Below are positions 57,108 to 64,000 of a stretch of DNA of 64,000 bases, in pieces; positions within the stretch are counted from its first letter, which is position 1, and each line of letters begins with the position of its first letter. Made by a program: the position numbers and the translations under genes. This DNA is from an uncultured Spirochaetota bacterium (GTDB lineage Bacteria; Spirochaetota; Spirochaetia; SZUA-6; Fen-1364): positions 32,994 through 96,993 of the forward strand of contig CAWJSK010000003.1 of assembly GCA_963845535.1 (NCBI GenBank), in the 5' to 3' direction. The notes under the pieces were generated by a model, which saw nothing but the letters and a program-made list of their open reading frames with translations, did not search any database and was not told where the DNA came from.

Positions 57108-57824
57108 TTAAGGAAATGTTATCTGGACATACCCGAGATACGTCGCCGTTGAATACTGCACAATAGAAGTTCCGGCCTCAAATCCGTACGTGAGCGCATA
57201 CAGAATGACATATGCATAGCCCTGGCCGGAACCGACAATGGTATTGTAAACAGTCTCGTCAGTGTCATTGGCTGCATAGTCAAAATTGGGCGAGGGAATG
57301 ACGCTATTTGAGGCAAACCACCTGCTGGTAAGCGGTGGCTGCTGAGAAAACGAGATATACCTCCCGATAGGGACCGTCAACGGCCCCAGACTGGGGGAGG
57401 TATAACTGTATGTGGAAATCGCTATTGGGTTGATGGTCAACGTAACGGTAAACGAAGAGGCCGCGTCAGCTCCGGATACAGAAATCATGGGCGCGGTTCT
57501 ACTAATTGGCGGCGTGTCACCAGACAGGCACATAGGAAAAAAGCCGTCTGCCTGAAGCGTTCCTGGGCCAGGCGTCCCGCCTCCCCCAAGGTTGATGTCG
57601 TTTCCGGTTGGCGTAGAAGCCGAGAATTTGTAATACACCTCGAAACCGGCCAACGTTGTCTGATTCCCCGCAAGCGTGCCAGGGTTGGTGAAAGACGCTG
57701 TGGACGTTGTGCCGACTGCCAGCGTGCCTGGTATGGGCGCGGCCAGGAAATACGGACTTGGCAGTCCGCAACCAACCTCCAGCCATACAAGCGTGGCAGC
57801 AAAGAAAATCTTGAGCGAGCGCAC
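57108..57824 (-). CDS. Hypothetical lipoprotein
   Basis: The lipobox is 'WLEVGC'. The protein is Thr/Ser/Gly/Pro-rich and beta-type, 238 aa. Confidence 0.6.
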   Translation of the reverse strand: MRSLKIFFAATLVWLEVGCGLPSPYFLAAPIPGTLAVGTTSTASFTNPGTLAGNQTTLAGFEVYYKFSASTPTGNDINLGGGGTPGPGTLQADGFFPMCLSGDTPPISRTAPMISVSGADAASSFTVTLTINPIAISTYSYTSPSLGPLTVPIGRYISFSQQPPLTSRWFASNSVIPSPNFDYAANDTDETVYNTIVGSGQGYAYVILYALTYGFEAGTSIVQYSTATYLGYVQITFP

Positions 57825-57853
57825 TTCCCTTTCCTACGCTCCCGCCCCAGATT

Positions 57854-60280
57854 TCACGGCTTTCCGCGGTCCGCCATCCTGCAGAGGGGCTCGAGGCCCT
57901 CCGGCACGTCGAGAAGCTCGTAGATCAACACGGGCTTATTCTTCCCTTTGACTCGAATGTTGTCCAGTTCCCGGGCAATGACCTTGTCCTTCACCTGGGC
58001 GTATGTGTACTCACTGATGATGATCGTGCTCCCGTATTCCTTGTTCGTGCCTTCCAGCCGGGCGCCCAAGTTGCAGTTGTCCCCCATCAAAGTATAGTTC
58101 ATTCTTCCGGCGGATCCCATGTTCCCGACCGTCATGATCCCCGTGTTGACCCCGATCCCGATTCTTATCATCTTCTCCGGCGGCCATCCCGCGTTCATCT
58201 TGTTGAGGACCTCGATCTGCCTGAGCGCGCACTTGCAGGCAAGGAGCGCATGCTCCTCTTGCGGCAGCGGGGCGCCCCAGAAGCACATGATCTCGTCACC
58301 CACGTACTTGTCCAGCGTGCCTTCGTACTCCAGGATCAAGTCCGTCATTGCGGTCAGGTACAGGTTGAGGTGGTTCACGAGCTCCTGGGGAGACATTCTC
58401 TCCGAAAGAGTGGTGAACCCGCGTATGTCGGAGAAGAGTACGGTCAGCTCCTTGTCCACCCCTCCCAGCTCAGGAGGAGCGGGGGCTTTGAGAAGCTCAT
58501 CCACGTACGCCGGGCTGACGTACTTGCCGAACATGTCGCGGATGCGTCGCTTGTCTCTTTCTTCGAACACCGTCCGATAGGCAACCACGGCAAGGAAGCA
58601 CACGAAGATCCCCAGGGCGGGGCCGAAGAAGTTCAAGACGGTGTCGTAATACTCGAAGACAACGAGATAGACGAAGAAGTACACAAGGATCAGGGAGACG
58701 GATATCACCAGGGACCAGATGGTGGAGAGCCTTGAGACCATCAACGACGTAAGCATGACGATCAGGAAAAGGATCAGCGTTTCCAGCCAGGGCTCCGTGA
58801 AACGGACGAAGTTGTTCATGAGGATGGTGTTGAGCGCGTTTGCGTGGATCTCCACGCCGTACATCAGGCCGAAGGGGGTCGGTTTCTCATCCTGCGCAAT
58901 GCCCTGCGCGAAAGGCCCCATCATGAGGATCATGTTTCCGACTTTCTTGGTGTTTGGCCATTTTGCCGGGTCCGGCGACGTGACGCTTCCGGCGTAGCCG
59001 GCATATGAGCGGACAGGGAACGTCTGCAGCTCATCCGGGTTGGCGCTCGAGCGCGGCCCCATGTAGTTGATGACCATGGCGCCCGTCTCATCGATGGGGA
59101 CGCGGATTTCCGTCAGCGTCTTGTAGACGCCGTCCTTCACGAGGTTCCCGTCCTTGTCGTACTGCCGCGGCCTCACGGTGAGCCTGTACGGCTCCCATTG
59201 CTGGGTATCCAGGTTGAACTGCTGGGGGTTGGGAATGAGGATGTACTTGCCGAGAACCACTTCGATATCCGACATGGTCTTGTGCATGTACTCCAACGCC
59301 AGGGAAAGCGTGATGGAGGGCACAAACGTGTCTCGATATTTCCGAACCACGAAATAGGACCTCTGCGTTTTTCCGTCCGCTGATTCCTCCACTCTCGGCG
59401 GGGCATTCTTTGCCATCACTCGCTTGAGGTCGGCGAGCGCTGCCGCGGTGAGGGGGTACGCAACGTCATGGATGACGTTGGATTTGTCGATCCACGCAAG
59501 CCGTTCGAAGTTGGCCCTGTCCAGGGGCATGTTTGCGGCAAGCTGATCCAGCGGGATCTCCCCTTCCGGCTCGGAGAGCTTGGCAATGAGCGGTTGCCTG
59601 CGGTAGACCTCATCCGGGTCGTTGAGGAAGTTCGCATGGCCGTAGCCGTGCGTGGCGGCCGCGTACGGCTTGAGGGGGGAATCCACTCCCAGGAAGGTGT
59701 TTACCTTGAGCCAGTCCCCCGTGATGTTGGTGATCGTGCCGATTTTCTGGTACAGGACGTCCTGCCTGCCGAAAAACTCGGCGTCGGTGCCCGGCGGGTT
59801 TTCTTCCAGAGTGAGGACAGTTTCCAGGAAGACCCGGCCGTTCTGTTTGATGGATGAGATCAGGAGAGCGTCATCTTCCGCGGTCTCCGACGGCTCTATG
59901 AAAAAAACGTCAAGGAACAGGGCGCGCTCACGGTCACCCTGATTCTTGATGCGGGAGAATGCGTTCACGAGGTCCGCGTGCCGTCTCCGGGGAAAGGGCC
60001 ATCTGCCGAAGCGGGCCAGCGCCTTGTCATCGATGCCGATGATCATGATATCCGGCGAAATCCTTGGATTTTGCTGGACGACGGAGACGCCCTGCTGCAC
60101 ATTCGTGGCTCGAACGGAGCTCTTCAGGCGGAAATTGAAGTCCAGCAGCTTCTGGTCGATCTGCGTGATCAGGATGGTCCCGAAGTTCAGGGCAAAGAGG
60201 AGAACAAAGACCAGAAGTCCGATGAAGAGCCCGAAGTAGCGCGTCTCCAGCAACTTCGACGTGCCTTTCTTCTCAGCCAC
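57854..60280 (-). CDS. CHASE2-sensor class III nucleotidyl (adenylate-type) cyclase
   Basis: It has an N-terminal TM, an extracytoplasmic CHASE2-like domain of about 400 aa and 3 TM helices. The cyclase core is 'LTVLFSDIRGFTTLSE...LDKYVGDEIMCFWGAP...GIGVNTGIMTVGNMGS...YTLMGDNCNLGARLEG'. Confidence 0.88.
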   Translation of the reverse strand: MAEKKGTSKLLETRYFGLFIGLLVFVLLFALNFGTILITQIDQKLLDFNFRLKSSVRATNVQQGVSVVQQNPRISPDIMIIGIDDKALARFGRWPFPRRRHADLVNAFSRIKNQGDRERALFLDVFFIEPSETAEDDALLISSIKQNGRVFLETVLTLEENPPGTDAEFFGRQDVLYQKIGTITNITGDWLKVNTFLGVDSPLKPYAAATHGYGHANFLNDPDEVYRRQPLIAKLSEPEGEIPLDQLAANMPLDRANFERLAWIDKSNVIHDVAYPLTAAALADLKRVMAKNAPPRVEESADGKTQRSYFVVRKYRDTFVPSITLSLALEYMHKTMSDIEVVLGKYILIPNPQQFNLDTQQWEPYRLTVRPRQYDKDGNLVKDGVYKTLTEIRVPIDETGAMVINYMGPRSSANPDELQTFPVRSYAGYAGSVTSPDPAKWPNTKKVGNMILMMGPFAQGIAQDEKPTPFGLMYGVEIHANALNTILMNNFVRFTEPWLETLILFLIVMLTSLMVSRLSTIWSLVISVSLILVYFFVYLVVFEYYDTVLNFFGPALGIFVCFLAVVAYRTVFEERDKRRIRDMFGKYVSPAYVDELLKAPAPPELGGVDKELTVLFSDIRGFTTLSERMSPQELVNHLNLYLTAMTDLILEYEGTLDKYVGDEIMCFWGAPLPQEEHALLACKCALRQIEVLNKMNAGWPPEKMIRIGIGVNTGIMTVGNMGSAGRMNYTLMGDNCNLGARLEGTNKEYGSTIIISEYTYAQVKDKVIARELDNIRVKGKNKPVLIYELLDVPEGLEPLCRMADRGKP

Positions 60281-60340
60281 GCGAGCACCCTCCTCACGGC
60301 GCGCGGCCCGGCCACGCCCGTCATCAGCCCCCTGTCGTCG

Positions 60341-61066
60341 CTACTTTACTTTTCCCAGCACGCGCAGCTCGATCAGCCTGTCCTTGGCGAGCTTGTCCCA
60401 AGTGCTGCTGGGATACAGGCCGTCGATCTGGTCGTACATCTTGTGGGCGTCGTCGAATTGCCCTTTCTGCTCGTCCAGGCGGGCAACGTCGAACATGGCG
60501 CGCGGGGCAACCGGTGAGTCCTGGTAAGCCTGGGCGACTTTCGCGTACTGCTTCAGAGCGCCGTCGACGTCGCCTTTTGCTTCCCGGCAGACCCCGGCAT
60601 CGAAAAGGCTGACGGGCGCGAGGTAGCTGTTGGGGAAACGCGCGGCAAGCTCCTGGTAGTCTTTCTGCGCGTTATCCCAGGCCTTCTTGTCGTAGTTGAA
60701 GCTTGCGCGAATGAAGAAACCGCGCTCGCCGCCGTACTGTCGGGCATAACGGCTGGTCAGCACGCCAAGCTCATCCGTGAGCTGCTTCTCCAGCGTGCCC
60801 TTCTGGGCGACATCGGACTCCGACTGCCACTTGTCGTAAAGGTCCTGAGCGCTTTCCGCGAGGACTGTCGAGTCACTGGTCAGCTTCTTCGAGATTTCCG
60901 TGTAGGTGAAGTACCCCACCAGGAACGCCGCGGCCGCGATGAGGATCACGAGCAGGATGATGCGGAACCTGCTGACGGTTGCGGCAAGAAAGTTGTTGAT
61001 CCGATGCCGAATCGGCGTGTCAGAAACCACCTGGCGCCGGTCCGGCGTCTGCTGCACTGGCTGCAT
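60341..61066 (-). CDS. Membrane-anchored TPR protein (YfgM-like)
   Basis: ATG 61066 lies 5 nt after the upstream stop. There is a single TM ('IILLVILIAAAAFLVGYF'), then helical repeats ('KAWDNAQKDYQELAARFPNS' and 'DGALKQYAKVAQAYQDSP'). Confidence 0.65.
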   Translation of the reverse strand: MQPVQQTPDRRQVVSDTPIRHRINNFLAATVSRFRIILLVILIAAAAFLVGYFTYTEISKKLTSDSTVLAESAQDLYDKWQSESDVAQKGTLEKQLTDELGVLTSRYARQYGGERGFFIRASFNYDKKAWDNAQKDYQELAARFPNSYLAPVSLFDAGVCREAKGDVDGALKQYAKVAQAYQDSPVAPRAMFDVARLDEQKGQFDDAHKMYDQIDGLYPSSTWDKLAKDRLIELRVLGKVK

Positions 61067-61071
61067 TCGTT

Positions 61072-62592
61072 CTATGCTCCTCTTTCTCTCATGATGTTCA
61101 GCTCTCTCACAAGCTTGGACAAGTAGCTCCTCTGGATGTCGAGGGCCTGCGCCGTTCGGGTCTGATGCCACCCGTTGGCTTCCAAGGCTTTCGTGATAAA
61201 GTGTTTCTTGAAGATGTTCAATGCCTCGCGGAGAGTTTTCAGCGAGTAGCTGTCCCCGTTCTGGATGGGTCCGTTGTTCAGGATGAGGAACTCCGGACGG
61301 ATCATGCCGTCCCGGGAAAACACCACCGCCCTCTCGATTGCGTTTTCCAGCTCCCGCACGTTCCCCGGCCAGGAATAGGACAAGAGCTCCTGCATGGCGG
61401 AGTCGGAGAAGCCCTGGATCTGCTTCTTCGTCTCCCGAGAGTGTTTTTTGAGGAAGAAATCCGCCAGGACCGGGATGTCCTCCCTGCGTTCCCGCAGCGG
61501 AGGAATCTGAATGGGGAGAACGTTGAGCCGATAAAAGAGGTCCGCCCGAAACTTCTTCTCGTTCACCTGCGCTTCGAGGTTCCGGTTGGTGGCCGCAATG
61601 ATCCGTACGTCCACGTGCATGGATTCGCTGGAACCAACTCTCTCGAAGGTCCTGTTCTGGATGACCCTCAGGAGCTTCGCCTGCAGCGCGAGCGGCATGT
61701 CCGCCACTTCGTCCAGGAATATCGTGCCCCCGTCCGCAAGCTCGAACCTGCCGCGCCGGTCCGAAATCGCATCCGTGAAAGCCCCTTTGACGTGGCCGAA
61801 AAGCTCGCTCTCCAGGAGCGGCTCAGGGATGGCGGCGCAGTTGACCCTGATGAAAGGCCTGGTCTTGCGGGGGCTCGCAAGATGGATCTGCTCCGCAAAA
61901 AGCTCCTTGCCAACGCCGCTTTCTCCCAGCAGGAGGACGGAGGAATCCGTTGCAGCGGCCCTGCGGGCAATCTCGAGCTTTTCCTGGATGAGCCTGCTTT
62001 CCGCGATGAAGGTATGATAGCCCTCGTCCTTGATGACCTTGGCTTGCAGCAAGGAAAGCTCGTTCTTGGCTTTCTGGTAGCTCTGCGCGTTCTGGATGGC
62101 AAGCGCGGCCTGGGTTGAAAAAGCCTCGAGCCACTGGAGGTCTTCTTCCCCGAACCTCTTGCCGCCCCTCTTGTTGATGATCTCCACGACTCCCACGAGC
62201 CTGTCCTTGACCCTCATGGGCACGGCCAGGATGGCCGTTGCGGGGAAGCCGATTTTCTCTGCGATCTCAGGGTAGAAGCGAGGGTCTTGCGCTACGTCGT
62301 TCACGATCAGGGAGGTGTTTTTCTGCGCAACCCACCCCGCGATCCCCTCCCCCATGTTGAGCGAGTAATGCTTGAGGAAGGGTCCCTTGGGGCCAAGGGC
62401 GATCTCGAAGTACAACTTGTTGTTCTCAGGATTCAGCAGCATGAGGGAGGAGGCTTCTCCCTCCGTAAGCTCGGTTGCCGAGCGGACAATCTCGGTGAGG
62501 AGCGCCTTCAGGTCGGCGTAGTTCGAGTTGATTCTCGCGTAGATGTCGAAAAGTATTTCAAGCTTCTCGCGGTCCGCGGTGAATCGCAACAT
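61072..62592 (-). CDS. Sigma54-dependent transcriptional activator with an N-terminal GAF domain
   Basis: The GAF domain is 'GEGIAGWVAQKNTSLIVNDVAQDPRFY...ILAVPMRVKDRLVGVVEIINK'. The AAA+ domain has 'GESGVGKELFA', 'GAFTDA' (a variant of GAFTGA) and 'GTIFLDEV'. The C-terminal Fis-type HTH is 'RTAQALDIQRSYLSKLVREL'. Confidence 0.9.
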   Translation of the reverse strand: MLRFTADREKLEILFDIYARINSNYADLKALLTEIVRSATELTEGEASSLMLLNPENNKLYFEIALGPKGPFLKHYSLNMGEGIAGWVAQKNTSLIVNDVAQDPRFYPEIAEKIGFPATAILAVPMRVKDRLVGVVEIINKRGGKRFGEEDLQWLEAFSTQAALAIQNAQSYQKAKNELSLLQAKVIKDEGYHTFIAESRLIQEKLEIARRAAATDSSVLLLGESGVGKELFAEQIHLASPRKTRPFIRVNCAAIPEPLLESELFGHVKGAFTDAISDRRGRFELADGGTIFLDEVADMPLALQAKLLRVIQNRTFERVGSSESMHVDVRIIAATNRNLEAQVNEKKFRADLFYRLNVLPIQIPPLRERREDIPVLADFFLKKHSRETKKQIQGFSDSAMQELLSYSWPGNVRELENAIERAVVFSRDGMIRPEFLILNNGPIQNGDSYSLKTLREALNIFKKHFITKALEANGWHQTRTAQALDIQRSYLSKLVRELNIMRERGA

Positions 62593-62603
62593 CCCCCGCG
62601 CCG

Positions 62604-64000
62604 CTAGCCCTTTATCTTGTCCTTGAGCATGTCGCCGAGGGAGACGGTCTCCTGCTTGGAGTCGTCATGGATGTACTTGTCCATCTCCTCCCGCTGCACG
62701 CGCTTGACGTAATCCTTCAGGGAGAGCGACAGCTTCTGCTTGGACGGGCTCACTTCGGTCACCACGGCCTGGACCTGGTCTCCGACCTTGTACTTGGCCA
62801 TGGCCGTCTCTATGGGTTCCACCCTGTCATCAACGATGTTCATCTTGTGCACCAGGCCCTCGATCCCGCCCTGGACGCGCACGAACAACCCGAAGTCCGT
62901 GATATTGGTGATCTCCCCGTTGATGATGCTGCCGCGGGGGTACGCGCGGGCAATCGACTCCCAGGGGTCCTCGGAGAGCTGCTTGGCGCCCAGTTGGACC
63001 TTTCCGCGCTCCTTGTCGATCCCGATCACCATGAGCTCCACTTCATCATCCACCTTTGCGAACGATGAGGCGTTCCTGATCTTCTTTGTCCATGACATGT
63101 CGTCCACGTGAAGGACGCCGTCAATGCCCTCTTCCACGTCGAAGAACAGCGCGTACGGGCTGGCCCTGACGACCTTGCGTGTCAGCCTCATGCCCACGGG
63201 ATAGCGCTGGTCAATGTCATCCCAGGGGTTGGGGAGGACCTGCTTGAGCCCGAGGGAGAGCTTGCCCTGCTGGATGTCGTAGTTGAGGATCTTGGTCTCC
63301 ACCACGTCCCCCACCTTGAGGACTTCCCGGGGATGCTTCACCTTGCGCACCCAGGACAGCTCCGAGATATGCGCAAGACCCTCGATTCCTTCCTCGATCT
63401 CGATGAATGCGCCGAAATCCGCGAGCTTCGTGACTTTTCCCTTCACGATGTCCCCGATGTGGTATTTCTCCTCGAAGTGGTTCCAGGGGTCTTCCGTGAA
63501 GTGCTTCAGGCTCAGGTTGATGCGGCCTTCTTCCGGCTCCAGGCGGATCACCTTGAGCTGGATGGTCTCACCGAGCCGCACGAAGTCCTTGGGCCGGGTG
63601 ACGTGGCCCCAGCTCATGTCATTGATGTGGAGGAGGCCGTCGAATCCCCCCAGGTCCACAAAGGCTCCGAAGGAGGTGAAGCTCTTGACCACCCCTTCAA
63701 CGACGTCTCCGATCTTCACCTGGCCGAAGAACTCTTCCCGGCGCTTGCGGATGTCTTCTTCCATCCAGTCCCGCCGGGAAACCACGATGTTCGTCTTGCC
63801 CTTGGCGTACAAGCGGTCGATATAGAAGGAGGATTTCACCCCGACGTAGTCCGAGTTTTCGCTGGGCCTCTTCACGTCAACTTTCGACAGCGGGAGGAAA
63901 GCCCTGATGTCGTTTCCCAGGTCGACTTCGTAGCCACCCTTGATCTTGTGGATGATGGTGCCCTGGACGGCCTTGTGGTCATCAAAGGCGATCCGAAGGT
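62604..64000 (-). CDS. rpsA: 30S ribosomal protein S1 (C-terminal part; gene continues beyond the window)
   Basis: It has repeated S1 OB-fold motifs ('G.V...T.FGAFV.L..G..GL.H.S..SW'). The frame stays open upstream of GTG 63875 through base 64000 ('...GTIIHKIKGGYEVDLGNDIRAFLPLSKVDVKRP'). Confidence 0.92.
   Translation of the reverse strand, partial: LRIAFDDHKAVQGTIIHKIKGGYEVDLGNDIRAFLPLSKVDVKRPSENSDYVGVKSSFYIDRLYAKGKTNIVVSRRDWMEEDIRKRREEFFGQVKIGDVVEGVVKSFTSFGAFVDLGGFDGLLHINDMSWGHVTRPKDFVRLGETIQLKVIRLEPEEGRINLSLKHFTEDPWNHFEEKYHIGDIVKGKVTKLADFGAFIEIEEGIEGLAHISELSWVRKVKHPREVLKVGDVVETKILNYDIQQGKLSLGLKQVLPNPWDDIDQRYPVGMRLTRKVVRASPYALFFDVEEGIDGVLHVDDMSWTKKIRNASSFAKVDDEVELMVIGIDKERGKVQLGAKQLSEDPWESIARAYPRGSIINGEITNITDFGLFVRVQGGIEGLVHKMNIVDDRVEPIETAMAKYKVGDQVQAVVTEVSPSKQKLSLSLKDYVKRVQREEMDKYIHDDSKQETVSLGDMLKDKIKG

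Noticed and set aside
60281-60340. A GG...GC pattern upstream of the cyclase gene, considered as a target promoter for the adjacent sigma54 activator.
   Set aside because: Only GC-rich near-matches are present (TGGCCGGGCCGCGC), with the wrong spacing and no TTGC. This cannot be told apart from background in about 70% GC DNA.
1-64000. A search for tRNA, rRNA, CRISPR arrays, IS or transposase genes, integrases and prophage structural genes.
   Set aside because: All intergenic gaps longer than about 70 nt were read: 8007-8141, 16992-17088, 29128-29241, 36236-36388, 38420-38518, 42890-42962, 44865-45115, 49470-49545 and 51698-51876. None has a cloverleaf-like or repeat-spacer structure. No ORF translation shows DDE, tyrosine-recombinase or serine-recombinase motifs. 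This was done by eye only, so short or degenerate elements could have been missed.

Overview
This is a densely coded, high-GC chromosomal segment with about 60 protein genes, many joined by 4-nt ATGA/GTGA stop-start overlaps. The gene content points to a spirochaete of the Treponema lineage, but that is an inference from memory, not from a search.

Left to right, the window contains:
- phoH / 7TM-HD hydrolase / ybeY.
- pgk-tpiA-secG and a PtsN-like EIIA.
- A complete nine-gene A/V-type ATPase operon (G-like, C, I, K, F, E, A, B, D) with a translationally coupled UspA gene.
- A block of lipoprotein, HEPN-like and J-domain genes.
- SurA-like PPIase, nusB, a TPR protein, bactofilin, map and a phosphoribosyltransferase.
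- An envelope operon encoding a LiaF-like protein, a beta-barrel and a propeller lipoprotein.
- A SPOR protein.
- A VWA / GlgC-like / DHH (NrnA-like) / lipoprotein operon.
- A CfpA-like cytoplasmic filament gene, a conserved hypothetical and ppdK. As far as I recall, this order matches T. pallidum TP0748-TP0746.
- An MCP, purB and guaA.
- A low-GC patch with an HTH/zinc-ribbon gene, a lipoprotein, a TPR-like gene and a TfoX-like gene.
- uppP and a second propeller lipoprotein.
- A co-directional rpsA / GAF-sigma54 activator / YfgM-like / CHASE2 cyclase / lipoprotein / GlsB / YwbE string.

I recognised no rRNA, tRNA, CRISPR array, transposase, integrase or prophage block. Nothing here is a clear-cut novel system.

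The items most worth a second look are:
1. The CHASE2 class III cyclase sitting next to a GAF-domain sigma54 activator.
2. An orphan HEPN-like (RNxxxH) protein.
3. The LiaF-like / beta-barrel / propeller envelope operon and its propeller paralogue.
4. The cfpA locus, which has AT-hook-like basic motifs and a perfect 20-bp palindrome.
5. Two +1 reading-frame breaks, in ybeY and the MCP.
6. A GlgC-like gene with no canonical start codon for its conserved N-terminus.
7. The low-GC patch at about 49.5-52.3 kb.

All family assignments come from motif recognition in the supplied translations. No database search was possible.
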